This document shows positions 1 through 12,885 of a stretch of 64,000 bases of DNA, one piece after another; the first letter of the stretch is position 1, and every line of letters starts with the position of its first letter. A program made the translations under genes and the position numbers. The stretch covers positions 284,394,001 to 284,458,000 of the forward strand of contig OZ024743.1 of the NCBI GenBank assembly GCA_964016885.1. The letters are read 5' to 3'. The notes under the pieces were generated by a model. The model did not search any database, was not told the origin of the DNA, and saw nothing but the letters and a program-made list of their open reading frames with translations. This stretch comes from Eledone cirrhosa. Taxonomy: Eukaryota.

Positions 1-374
1 AGCATCGTGCATACTGCAAAGTCATACTTGACTGTAGTTGTAGTACACATACACACACACTTATATTCATCATCATCATTTTACATATGCTTTGTTGTTA
101 TTGGTTAGCTGGATTGTTAGTTCTTATTCAAAGTTACTGCCCTCAAAATATGTCAAAAGACCACTTTAACACATTTTCTATGACTAGGTGCCCGCCCTAA
201 CACCAACCACTTTATAGTGTGCTACATTTTATTGTGACACCAGCACCAGATGACCTAATTAACATTGGAGAAAGGTGCACTGAACCTATTATAGCTATAA
301 GAAAAACAGAGTGAAAAAGTTCATGAAGTTATTACCTCTGCTTGCAAGAAAGGAATTTTCTCTTTGAATAAAAA

Positions 375-820
375 GTAGATTGTATGATGCTTATGTATAT
401 AGTGTAATGTTGCATGGTAGTGAGACATAGGTGTTGAATGCAGATGATATGCAAATGCTGGAAACAAATAAAGGGAGCATTCTAGATGTGTGATGTGAGT
501 GAACATGAGCAACAAAGCACAGATGAGTTTAGAGAAAAACTGGGTAAAGAGGAATTGGATGTTGTGTGCAAAAGAGAAGATTGCACTGATAGACATATAA
601 TACATGTGGATAATGACAGCTGGGTAAAGATATGGCAGGAGTTCCAATTGGAAGCCATGTAAATACCAAGGAGGATGTGGACAGAAGCAGTGAAAGCCGA
701 TCACTGTTTGCAAAACCCCACAAAGGAGATAGTAAAAAAATTCAACCAGGTACTGTTTTAGAGGGGACCCATCCAACCCATGCAGGATGAGTAAAGTGGA
801 CATAGAAATGATTATGATAA
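375..820 (+). mobile_element. Decayed RTE LINE 3' fragment
   Basis: Diverged match to 36020-36350 (RLYDA...MLHGSET...LREKLG) with an RTE tail; a short similar piece lies at 28953-29022. Confidence 0.75.
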
Positions 821-1204
821 ACACACATGCATGTGCAAACACAATTGTTTGCAAATACATACACACATATACAAAGACATAACCCTATATCTCATATTGT
901 TGTATTCAATATTATTCATGATTTAATGCTAGTTTCTTCTTACTCTCCACTTCACTCACACACACACACCATGCTTTCTTGGGTTAATAACCAAATTACA
1001 AAGCAAAATCAATATTAGCTAATCACCAAATAAATACTGATCTTAATTAGTTAAGAATAAATGACTGAAAACTCCAACACTCGATAAAAGTTGATCACAA
1101 ATTATATAATCTGTTTATCAGCAAAGAAGAAGCTGTATAACTGCTTTAGTTTCCCAACATTAATGCCTTGAATTTGAGACACTGTTTATGAATTTAAATT
1201 AGTA

Positions 1205-1620
1205 TCAAGGGTGTTAGATTGGCAGAACTGTTAGAACATCAGAAAAATGCTTTCAGGTATTTGTTCTGGCTTTTTATGTTCTGAATTCAAAATCCATTAA
1301 GGTTCACTTAACCTTTTATCCTTAAAGAGTTGATAAAATAAAATACCAGTTGATGTAATTAACCCCTCCAAAATTGCTAGCCTTTAGCCTAAATTAGAAA
1401 CCATTATTATTGGAAAAACTGTTAGAGCATTGAAGAAAATGCCTTGTGCCATTTTTTCTGGCTTTCTAGATACTGATTTCTAATACTGCGCTGAGGTGCA
1501 CTTTGCCCTCTATCCTGCTGTGGTTAATAAAATAAAGTACCAGTCACCTACTTAGGTTAATATAATTGACTGTTTTCTCTCCCAAAATGTCTAGCCTTGT
1601 GCCAATGTAAGAAATTATTA
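1205..1620 (+). mobile_element. Two older tandem copies of SINE family A
   Basis: Diverged matches to the same head, core and tail at ~1205-1410 and ~1415-1620. Confidence 0.7.
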
Positions 1621-1643
1621 TCATTATTAATAAGATATATATA

Positions 1644-1845
1644 GGGCGGTGGATTGGCAGTATCGGTAGAGGGTCTGATGCCATGCTTTGCAGCCAAGAG
1701 TTACGGCCCTTTATGGTCTGAGTTCAAATCCCGCCGAGATTAACTTTGCCTTTCATCCTTACGGGGGGGGGGGGGGTCGATAAAATAAAGTACCAGTAAT
1801 ACACTGGGATAATTGCTGGCCTTGTGCCAAAAGTAGAAACAATTA
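1644..1845 (+). mobile_element. tRNA-derived SINE family A (Meta/MESC-like core), full length with TSD
   Basis: A-box-like TGGCAGTATCGG, B-box GAGTTCAAATCC, core GCCTTTCATCCTTACGGGGTCGATAAAATAAAGTACCAG and tail GGCCTTGTGCCAAAAGTAGAAAC. Flanking direct repeat TTATTAATAAGATATAT. Confidence 0.85.
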
Positions 1846-2649
1846 TTAATAAGATATATGATAGTAGAATGTCAGAATGGATGGTGTGCACAAGTATGTC
1901 TGTTTGGCTATGTGTGTGTATTTGTGTTTATGTTTGTGTGTTGCTTACACATTTGGAAATAATAAAATCTCTCTAAAAAGAAGCAGATACCCTATAAAAT
2001 CTTAAAATGTCCTCAAAATCAAAGTTAATTTCAATCCAATGCAAAAACAACTAATATTTTTGTCAGATTTAATCAACAACTTCTGATATGAACATTTCTA
2101 TATAATGATGTTAAGTTTCTGAGTTGTACTTATTTAGTAAATGACTTGATTTAAAACCCTGTATTGAAACTAAAGGAATTACAATTTGGAAGAGTCATTT
2201 TAGTCATTGAAGAAAACACACAAAGTCTATTATATTCACTTTATATGTATATTGTGGTGTCAAAATTTAGTCACACTCTTTACAACCAAGTTACTGACAA
2301 AATTCTACTACTTGCAGGGGAAAGGTTCAATAAATCTTTTGTATTTAAGGGAAAGAAAAGAATAGGTGGCTATTATGAAGATAATTTAGTTAGTACAAGC
2401 CTTAAGAACAGGAATATATAAAAATATTTAATTAAAAACTGCCGAAAGTCATTGAAAAACTTTTATAGAGAATATGATCCAATATTCTATTTACTTCATC
2501 AGAAACTGAAAATCATATGACTTCTTGATTGTAATAACAGGAAATAATAATTGTGCTGCGTTCTGTGAGAACTTTACTTCTTGATGTTGAATACTGGACT
2601 TCAAAAGTCATTTTGTTCATAGGTTTTACAAGCAAAATGTGAAAATTGT

Positions 2650-3170
2650 TTTCAGAGAGGGAGAAAGAGTTGATAAGTTCTGAGGAAGAAGGGTTGCAAA
2701 AGTGATTAATTTAGTATCTAGGAACTGTTACACAGTCAGGATGAATCAAATGGATTTTGGATGGCAGGGAATTAGCTAGGTTAGACTGTTGCAGTAATGG
2801 TAGAAGAGACAGACAGAGTACACAATGTATCAGTGCAGAGTGACAGTAGTATATGTAGCATACTAATGCACGAAGGCTCGTTTATCAGTTGGATGGCTTT
2901 TGTTTTTAACTGAGTGTACACTTTGTGTTCATATGTAGCAGCTTCATCACCCCATATATGTGGCAGTAGTCTAATGTAAGGAATACTCATGGCCTTACAG
3001 AAGGTCTGCAATGCTTTGTGATGTTTTCTGTGTTTTTCTGTGTGTGACATCTTTATAGCAAAGGATATCAATGTGTTCAAAAGTTGTTTCCTGTCTCTTT
3101 AGTTAGCAGTGATTATTTTGCTTTAAATTCAATATCACAATGTTTCATTTGAACCTGTACCAACACAAGA
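2650..3170 (-). mobile_element. Decayed CR1/L2/Jockey-group LINE C-terminal fragment
   Basis: ORF 2781-3080 has residual similarity to the post-RT motif LYKA.IRP.LEY..HIW..A.......QxKAIRLI (here FCKAMSIPYIRLLPHIWGDEAA...KAIQLINEPS). Confidence 0.5.
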
Positions 3171-5648
3171 ATGTGCTATATTTATAATATAAGAAGAAAA
3201 AGAAAACATTTAAAAGAAACAAACCCATAACTACCTATTTTACTCCAACAAAGATGGCAGTTAACCTGTGTTTGGCTTGATGATCTTTACTTCATTAGAT
3301 GGTTGACATATCTGTTGTTAGGGGATAAATCAATTACTTGATTTCTGTCCATGATTAGAGGTATCCACCAATGAATGATCAGCTATATTGATTTATCATT
3401 TGGCCCTAACTATGGAAAGAGTTTAATCTAGCATTGCAAATCAATGAAATTCATCAATTTTACAGTGCTGCAACCCTCCTTCTCGGTCATATCTTCATAC
3501 AGCCAGGAGAACTGGCAACTAAGAGCAAGCTTGAGGGGTGTTACAAGATTTGAATTGCCATCTCTACTCTTTGTTACCTTCACTTAGTTTTCTAGTAACT
3601 TATCCACTTGCCCATTCATGGTTCTTCATGATTGAAGAAAAATATCATAAATATCTATCTTCAGATCATCTTCTTTCTTTTACATTTTCCTAATTCTACA
3701 GATTGCTGCTCTTTAATGATAGATTGGAACTATTTGTTTATGTTTTTGCCAATGTTTTAGAGAATTCCACTTGTTGTAGTAGCAAAGGAAAACAAGATAT
3801 ATTTTAATGCTGACATTTAAGTGAATAAAGCAAAAGGTTAATGCTAAAGCTATGACTGATCTCTAGGTATTTATCATAAACAATAAGACCGAGAATCCAC
3901 CACTTCTATTTTATATTGGCTTATGAGCCAATATAAATTCAATCATTTACCTTTGTATCAGAAATCAAATATTTCAGTCTTTGTTATCATTGAAAGATGT
4001 CTTGTCTGACATATTGGAGCTTAGATAAGCATCAGTGAAGTAGTACTAAGTATCTGTGAGTAGTAAAAATAGCTATCAGAAGAAGAAAAATTCCAAAGAA
4101 AATCATTGCCAAACAGATGAAAGTATCTATAAGTTAATAATCACATTATGTAATTTAATTTCCTATAAGATCATGTGAAGTACTTAGTAATCTTCATTAG
4201 AAACAAGAGACTGGCTAATCCAGTGGCATTAACCATTCAAATACGAAATACAAAAAGCTGTTTATCTCATTAGATCAGTAAACCTGAAACAATAAATCAC
4301 AAGTGTGAGGCATTCATAGATCACAGTTCTTTCCTCACACACTTCTAACAGCAACACTAAGTTTTGTTTAATGACACCATAGTGTTTAGGAGTTAAATCA
4401 CCACATGACAGAGCAAATTTATAACAACCACTCATGGAAGCCCCTCAGTGTGATCATATTGATTTATTTTGCAATCATTCTATTTCTCTTCATTCATTTT
4501 CTTTTTATTGGCAGTTAAAAGTGAATATTATTCTATTAAAACAGATGTTTTCTTTATGGTTCTCATGAACAAGGCAGCGATACACTATAGGATAGCTAAG
4601 GAAAATTCACATCTTAAAATAGTTTGTTTATATAACATGATGAAACATGGTACCATAAGAAATAAGAAAACGGAATTTGGTCATGAAAATGAAGGACATG
4701 CATACATGCACACACATTCCTAGGATGCTAAGAAACTCATACAGTTGCACCATAGGTATCTGTACTGAAAATATCATATGTGAATGCACAGCAACTGTGA
4801 CAGATGTAATAGAAATAGGCACATCAGAACCATATTAGTCTATTGATAAACACAGATGATCTTATACATCTCACCAGATGTTTGCACCAGTTATGCATCA
4901 TTGTTTTAACTGAAAATCTGCCAGAATAATAAATCTGTATAAGCAATATGGAATATTTTATATACACGTGTTTGAGAGAGAAGAAGAGTGCATGCACTCA
5001 CACATGTTAAGTGTGTGTTATTAACAAATATCTATACATATATAGATATATGACCAATATATATCTATTTATATGAGTTTATGTATGTATGCGTGTTATA
5101 AATAAATAAGTATACATATGGATGTGTAACCAATATATCTATATGCATCTATTTATGTGGGTGCATTTTTGTATGTTATTAATACACCCCTCTATATCTT
5201 TATATAATTGAAAAAGAATGATGATTAAACCAGTTGTTATTAATTAAAATGTAATAGTTGTTGATATATTAGATTTGATCTTAGGAAGCAATGCATCACA
5301 TATAAAATGATTAAAGAGAAAGACAGATGATAATAGTCAGCACTGAAAAAGAAAAAAAAATGAAATTTATGCTGACACTGAAAAGTGAGTGTTAAGCTAA
5401 TTATGATCATGATAAATGATGATGCCTTTAGGTTTTATTAGTTTTTCAAACATAACTGAAAAGAAAACCAAGATTTCTTACATGATTACATGGCTTTGGG
5501 TTTCTAGATAAGGAAGAGTGACATTACATAATGTACATACCTCTCTTAATGAGTAATTATGTTGACGTTAAATGATTACAATTTAAAACTGAGACTAAGT
5601 CACAGAATCAGCTTTCTAGGAGTTTATCCTCACTCTATCTTAATAATA

Positions 5649-5840
5649 TAATTGTTTCTACTTTTGGCACAAGGCCAGAAATTATCCCAGTGTATTACTG
5701 GTACTTTATTTTATCGACCCCGTAAGGATGAAAGGCAAAATTAACCTCGGCGGGATTTGAACTCAGTCCGTAAAGGGACGTAACTGTGCTGCAAAGCATG
5801 GCGTCTGACCCTCTACCGATACTGACAATCCACTGCCATA
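5649..5840 (-). mobile_element. SINE family A, full length
   Basis: Reverse-complement match; TSD CTATCTTAATAATATAA on both sides. Confidence 0.88.
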
Positions 5841-7020
5841 CCTATCTTAATAATATAATAAAATAATTTCAGACTTAAGAATAACAACAAAAGCCACGTA
5901 TCGATTTTGCTCACAACTTTGATCAGGTTGAGCATCTATGTAGAAGCTGACTTAGTGGTTTGAGTTTATTTTTGCAATTAAGAAGAAAATATCAATAATG
6001 ACGAGTTCTTACACAAACTGAAGTACTTTGTAGGGAAGAAAATGTGACTGTTTGATGTTTAAGCCTTTCTTAAGAACATTAGTCGACTGGAAGGTCCACA
6101 CTTTATAGTCAGTGAATAAAACAATCCCAAACCTTGCTTTTAAAGCTACTAATGTTGTCATATGCATCTGAGTATATGGTATTTCACTGTTTTGGGATTG
6201 TTAATATCCAAAGGGAATAACTGTCTCACATTCCAAATCCTCTAAGAAATTTTCAGTTTTAATGCCTATGGATTAAACAAGAGTTATTGAACAGATGAGG
6301 AATGGTGTGACAGTCTGAACAAAATGTCTCTTGGACTAGATAATTTACACTATGAACTTTATATCAATGCTAGACTTGTTTGTATCTTGATCCAGTTTAA
6401 TCACAACTAGCAGGCTGGTAGTAAACCTCCATTCTTCCTGAAATTCGCCGACACTACACCTGATACCCCCCCCCCCCCCCCACATACACATGCACACATG
6501 TATATCATGACATACACTGTTCACTTTCCTGACATTTGTACATTATTCTATGTACTATACATGCAACTTGATGAGTTGTAGTGCATCTGAGCACTGTACA
6601 CAATAATTCCATTATTATTATTACAATTACCAGCTATGTAACACCCATTGTAGAGTTAATGATTTTGGTTAAAGTGCTTGCAAAAATGTTGATATTCATA
6701 CTTTGTGAAATTGTTGTATCAGGACAAATATGTGTTCTTACAACCAGAGCTATCTAGGACAAAATCTACCTAATGCAAGACTCAGTGGAGCCGATAGGGA
6801 CTAAGTCTAATGTCAGTGAGGCTCTGATTAATTTGGTTCTGGGGAAAGCATTCAACTCTTCAAACAATTTTTAAATGGTACTATGGTAAGTCAGTTTTGG
6901 ACCATTTTTCAATTACTAGATGGCTACATTCTACAATCTTAATGTATGTTCCGACAACATTTCAATGGTGTAGGACAATAAGGCTCAGGTCATAACCTGA
7001 TGCCTGAGCCTTATTGTCCT

Positions 7021-7039
7021 GAGAGAGAGAGAAAGAGGA

Positions 7040-7099
<60 letters not shown>
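7021..7099. repeat. (GA)n microsatellite
   Basis: Directly visible. Confidence 0.97.
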
Positions 7100-7100
<1 letters not shown>

Positions 7101-7249
7101 AGGCATCATAATTAAGATATGCATCTGTTGCTGTTATCATCCAGTTCGTGTGGTGTTCAGTATGCATACTTTGCTCAAATTCACAAGGGCATAAACATAG
7201 AAAATACCCCTTACAGCATCCTATATATATACACGCACTCACACCATCC

Positions 7250-8430
7250 ACACGCCCTACTACCACCACTAACCCTCACCCACACATCCACTCCCACCAC
7301 CCCACAACTAATACCACTAACATCCCCCGACCCCACACACACTCACTTACACCACCCACTCTACACACCCTACCACCACTGACCCCCACTAACACACCCG
7401 CATTCAACCCTTTCCCCACCACCAGTATACTAACATCCACTAACACTCCCGTCACCACACACACTCATCCAAACATGCACACACCAGTACACTACACTCC
7501 CTCCACACCTTTCTCTCCTCTCCCTGCTCCACCCACACCCCTTCACACATCCCACTAACACCTCTACTAATACACCCCCCTCCCCACTCCACCTTTCACA
7601 CCTACCCATCCTCTCCCCTGTCCACCGCACCTCTGACACACCAACTTTCTCCACCTGCCATTCTCCTCTACTGCTGCTATGCCTTGACCCTCTGACCACT
7701 TCTCCGCACACACAGCCCTCTCCACCTGTCATTCTCTTCTACCCTCCTCTTGCCATGACCCTCTGACCACTTCCTGTTACGCGCGCACCCCACATCTCCC
7801 CTCTTCCGACCAATACAACCACGGATTACACACATCGGCCATCGTTCCCACCATCATCTCCATCACATGGAAAATATCCGACATCTCACCACACCCTCTA
7901 CGGAACTACCTTAGGAACTTACCTACAGACATACACTCACAAAAATTTTTTTCCAACCATGCCACCTACTCCACAATACGTATAAACATCACACACACGT
8001 GCGTACCCCCACATATATACACACACAGCCTCCAGAATCCTCTCCCCCTTCCCCCACCCCTCCCCATCCACACACACCGACCTACACCCCACTCCACACA
8101 CACACGTACACCTACACACATACACCTTCAGCCCTCCCCGCCCGGACACCCCACCTCACTCTCCCCACTCCACCCGCCACCATACCTACACGCGCCACAC
8201 CCTTCCACCGCTTGTTTATCTTCATGTTTATTTTTATATTTATTTTTATCCCTTCCACCCCCCTTTTTTCTAAATGTCTCTCCCCCACTCCCCTACACAC
8301 CCTCTTCTCACACACTTTTCGCCTGAAGAAGGGCTTATGCCCGAAACGTCCACCCCCCACTCTCAAGAGCGTGAAACTAATAAACCTTTGTTCGTACTGC
8401 CTCTCTGTTTTGTTCCCGTTCCATTTTTCA
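7250..8430 (+). mobile_element. Probable Penelope-like remnant: C/A-rich low-complexity body with terminal hammerhead-like core
   Basis: CTGAAGA-A-GGGC-TTAT-GCCC-GAAACGTC at 8323-8350, then AATAAA, a pyrimidine tail and (TA)n. No recognisable protein motif in the overlapping ORFs. Confidence 0.55.
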
Positions 8431-8442
8431 CTATATATATAT

Positions 8443-8788
8443 CATCATCATTTCATCATCATTTCATTTTACGTCCGCTTTTCCCTGCTTGCAAGGGTGG
8501 GACGGGAACTGATTCTGGCTTGATTTCTACAGCTGGATGCCCTTCCTAACACCAACCTCATTTACAGTGAGTGCTGGGTGCTTTTTTGCCGTGGCACCTC
8601 CACGACCACTTTGCAGTGGAATGATAGGGAACCCAGTCCCTATCATCTCATTTCTACAGCTGAGTAAACTGGAGCAATGTGAAAAATAAAGTGTCTTGCT
8701 CAAGGAAACAACACATCACCCGGTCTGAGAATTGAACTCACAACCTTTCGATTGCAAGGTCAATGCTCTAACCACTAAGCCATGTGCC
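8443..8788 (-). mobile_element. SINE family B, full length
   Basis: Near-identical reverse complement of 43725-44057. Confidence 0.88.
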
Positions 8789-10213
8789 TTTTTGTTGATA
8801 AAATATGTGACACCTTGATCTAAGAATATCCACTTCAAATTTTACTCCAATTGTTTCATTATACCTTGCAAGATATGTAATATGTAACTATTTGTATTTT
8901 AAAAATTAGCTTTTAGAAATAATGATCTGGTACAAAATTGAAGAAAGGGTAAGATAAAGGAAAGATCATTATTATCATCATCAACAATCATAAAACAAAA
9001 ATAAACATAAATCTCCTGGTTACACTAAAAGCTAACACATGTTTTACTTGGTGATATTTACATTGTCAACAACTAGAACAAAGTAAAGAATGAAATAGTT
9101 GCTTGCTGCTTGTTCTGGAGTCACAACAACCAACTAAACATACAGGGAGTTCTATCATTTGATATGATAGCAAGTATGCAAAGACATTTCTAGAGGCAAT
9201 AAATAAATGAATAAATTATTGAAGAAATACACAATAAATAGCTCACTAAAAAAATCTATTTTCTTTCTTTCTTTTTTTAAGTATAATTGCTGTATGATAA
9301 TAAATTAGCAATTGTTATCCCTCAATGTGTGTGTGTGTGTACAGTAGGATATAATAGTGAAGAGGAGTTGCTAATTTATTGTGTCATAAAGCATACTTAA
9401 AAACAAATTGAAAAGACAAACAAAACTTTAATTTATGTGTAATGTGTATTTCTTCAATAATGTATTCATACGCACACACACACATATATATATGTGTGTG
9501 TATATATATGTATGTATATATATGTGTGTGTGTGTGTGCGCATATGTATATATGTAGATCCTGAGTGAAATCAGGGGTGACCACAGTTAAAAAGGTACTC
9601 AATACATTAGTAGAGTGTATTTATCAGACAAAAATCAGCCATGTATATATATATGTACATGTGTATATGTGTTTGAGTGCATGTACACACACATATATAT
9701 AAAATATACATATTTATGTATACTTATTTTATATAAATGGAAAAAATGAAATTTCATTTCTCACTCTTAGTACAGCTGATACTTAAATATAAGTATGTAT
9801 ACATACATATATGTATACAGACGTACAGTAGTATGTATATACATACATGCACACATACATATGTACGTATGGGTTTACTGAATATTTATTATAATGCTTG
9901 GTTTGTTTGTAAGCAAACAGCCCGAATTATTAGTCATACAGTGTATAAATATATATATATAAAAAGAACTATCGTTTAACATTTTTTCCACCTACTAAAA
10001 AAATTCTCTTCCTTTCTTCTCTACTCCACCTTCTACCATACCCCTCTTAATCCTCTTCTAATCCACTACTTGATATCTGCTCCTTAAAATAGAGCCCCCC
10101 CCCCAATCATTAGGAAACCTATAAGTATCAACAACTATCTAGGTTATTCAGCATTCCTGATGATTCCATATAGTATAAAAGTTCTAGACTTGTAGAAGCC
10201 ATTTCGAGAGAGA

Positions 10214-10307
10214 GAGTGTGAGTGAGTGAGTGAGTGAGTGAGTGAGTGAGTGAGTGAGTGAGTGAGTGAGTGAGTGAGTGAGTGAGTGGGTGGGTGAGTG
10301 AGTGAGT
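10214..10307. repeat. (GAGT)n microsatellite
   Basis: Directly visible. Confidence 0.97.
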
Positions 10308-10329
10308 GTGTGCGTACGTGCGTGTGTGC

Positions 10330-10506
10330 GAAAAGAGTCAGGACCCCCGACATCTAGGTCCGAACTGAGTTCGGATCTAGCTGTCGAAACGGCTAGGACT
10401 CTGCTGCCGGGGTCTTGGCTCTTTTCATATTACCCACTCTGCTACCCTAAGTATCGAGCACTCTGGTGCGTTATGGACCACCTGGTATCTTACCAGACCT
10501 TCTTTG

Positions 10507-10512
<6 letters not shown>
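10330..10512 (+). mobile_element. Hairpin-headed short element, same family as 44060-44230
   Basis: GAAAAGAGTCAGGACCCC...GGGGTCTTGGCTCTTTTC with nested hairpins, lying between (GAGT)n and (TA)n tracts. Confidence 0.75.
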
Positions 10513-10548
<36 letters not shown>

Positions 10549-10689
10549 TCATCACCCTTTTACACCCATTCTTCATAAGTTGGATGGGTTGTCATGTTCT
10601 GTGACAAGATGGATCGAATGAGCACATCCTGCTCAATCTTTCCAGTTTGCTATGGTTTCTATGACTGAATGACTTTCCTAATGCCAACA

Positions 10690-10980
10690 ACTTTACAATG
10701 AGTACTGTATGCAATCAAATCATGATAGTGGCACTACTATGTTATGGAGAGGGCTGGGTACATTTGATTGTGACACTGGCACTGTCACTTTACAGTGTGG
10801 GCTGGGTACATTTTATTGTGACACTGGAACTACCAATATAAAGAGTGAGCCTCTTGCATTTTATTTTGGCACAAGATCTACTATTTTACTGGGTAAGGTG
10901 AAAACATTTCATTGTGACATCAGTACCTTAACTTACAGAGTGCACTGGGCAAATTCCAATATGACATTAGCACTAGGGTA
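10690..10980. repeat. Diverged ~42-bp minisatellite derived from the SINE/LINE tail unit
   Basis: Repeated CACTTTACAGTGTGGGCTGGGTACATTTTATTGTGACACTGG-like units; also at 11320-11470. Confidence 0.7.
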
Positions 10981-11069
10981 GTCATTGTGTCCTAAAAAGG
11001 CACAGAGAGTGAGTAATGGAGATGTGGGGAAGATGAGTGTATGATGGAAGTCGCAGTTCAGCAGTGTCA

Positions 11070-11845
11070 ATGTGGATAATTAAAGAAGATTGGTTACTGA
11101 AGAAATCCAATAACAGGATTGAAACTAGCTCAGCTGGTCTTTCTTTTTCTGTCCACCAAGATATTGTATCATCATCACCATCACTGTTTAATGTCTATCT
11201 ATGCTAGATAGAGTTAGTCCAATTGTCAGACAAGTCAGATCAGATGACCGTGTCTTACTCATACAAAACTGTTTCTGGCTTAGTTTCTATGGCTGGATAC
11301 TTTTCTTAATGCCAACCATAATTAGTGTGAACTAGGTGCTTTTTACTGTGGCACCAAAATGACCACTTTACAGTGTACACTGGGTACTTTTATTGTGGCA
11401 CCAAGATGACCACTTTACAGTGTGGACTGAGTACTTTTTTCATGACACCAATGCAACCACTTTACAGTGTAGACAAAGTGTTTATATCTGCATATAGACA
11501 GTGTTGGTTAAAAATCTATAGATATGTTCCTGTAGTGCATTGAAACAAAACACTATTAATGCACCAATAATTTATTAATTGAACTATCCTGTATATACAA
11601 CTTGGTCTGTCTGATTTCCCTTAGTAATAGTGGATTTCTAAGCAGTGATAATTAAAGCGAGTGCTCAGACACTAATGAAATCCCAATACAGGTTTGAAAG
11701 TGAGCCTGCTTTTGCTATCCCCATAGATATTGTATATAATAAATACAGGGTCTTTACCTCTGTATATACAAAGTGTTGGCTAAAAATTAATAGATATATT
11801 CTACAATAGTATTGAAACAAAATACTGTGAATGTGCCATTAATTC
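11070..11845 (+). repeat. Decayed ~272-bp tandem repeat with hammerhead relics, interrupted by a SINE tail (~11168-11480)
   Basis: 11489-11575 is similar to 11761-11845. CTGAAGA-AATCC-AATAACA-GGATT-GAAACTAGCTC at 11097-11131 has a decayed homolog CTAATGA...GAAAG at 11672-11700. Confidence 0.6.
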
Positions 11846-12289
11846 ACGTGTGTGTATGTGGTGTGTGCATGTTTGTATATTATATGGATACAGGCATAGA
11901 TGAGTGGGCTAAAATTTCACTTTGCAATCATTAGGTCCCAGGTTTGATCCCATTGTAGGGTATATGCATTTTACCATAGACTTGGATCAAGCCAAATTGA
12001 GCAGACAGAAACTATGTGAAAGCCCATTGAATGTATTATACTAGTAATTCAAAAGACCAGCATTGTCACATATGTGTGACATTAATATGACCTAGGAATT
12101 ACATTAAGGGTACATGTATACATGGAATACTTAGCCACTTACATATTAATTTAATAAGCAGGACATTCAGGTGATTGAATAAAAGAATGCTCATTGTTCA
12201 AACCAATGGAGGATTCATCATATTTTGTGTGCATGTGTATGTGTATTCATATATTCATTTACCCCCACACCCTACCCCATCCTCAGTAC

Positions 12290-12510
12290 ACACTGTAAGG
12301 TGGCCGTGTAGGAGACACGGTGAAAAGGCTCCCAGTCCACACTGTAAATGTGGTTGCTGTTAGGAAGGGCATCCAGCTGTAAAAAAACCTGCCAGAGACG
12401 CTACCGTGCGAGCGAGACATGGTCTTCCAACAATTCCCGCATCAAATAGAACAAAACCGTCTAACCCATGTTAGCGTGGAAGATGGATGTTAAACAATGA
12501 TGATGATGAT
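12290..12510 (+). mobile_element. RTE/SINE shared 3' tail fragment (similar at 30885-31102 +, 47072-47240 -, 51251-51560 -, 45300-45700 +, 57880-58150 +)
   Basis: CACACTGTAAATGTGGTTG.TGTTAGGAAGGGCATCCAGC...CCGTCTAACCCATG.TAGCGTGGAAGATGGA.GTTAAAC.(ATG)n. Confidence 0.78.
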
Positions 12511-12671
12511 TTACTCTGGACTTTCACTTGTTTATAGATGGGTGAAACTCTAGAGTAACAAGACTCACTATTTAGCCTTAATAGATGAATAGTTTAACTC
12601 TGCTTCAGTATTGAGTACTCTTTTCTCTCACCTGTCACCTACAATTGGATATATATATATATATATATATA

Positions 12672-12885
12672 TAAAGAATTCAAAGTTTGAAAGCCACGAC
12701 AATGCAGGTTTAGACAGAGGATAATTGAATCGTAAGAAACAGTGCTTGTTTGTTTACCTTAATTTATTCATATGTCCTGATATTTCGAGTTTAATATCTC
12801 TTCTTCCGTGGAAAATAAAGGAAACTGCAGTGTCCGATGTGGCTTGCTATACTTGCATGGTATAGTAAGCCACATCGTACACTAT
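12672..12885 (-). mobile_element. Short Penelope-like relic with decayed hammerhead and adjacent hairpin
   Basis: Minus strand CGGAAGA-A-GAG-ATATTAAA-CTC-GAAATATC (~12778-12808), AATAAA and a (TA)n end. A hairpin with ~24-bp arms lies at 12830-12884. Confidence 0.5.

Noticed and set aside
321-866. 181-aa minus-strand ORF
   Set aside because: Antisense to a decayed RTE fragment; no protein family resemblance.
3061-3068. ATATCCTT U12 donor-like motif on the minus strand (also near 21796)
   Set aside because: Downstream of the acceptor, not preceded by channel coding sequence, and the 3061 site lies in a LINE relic.
7119-8549. Cluster of Pro/Thr/His-rich ORFs
   Set aside because: Products of C/A-rich low-complexity DNA, open in several frames on both strands, with no domain motifs or splice signals.
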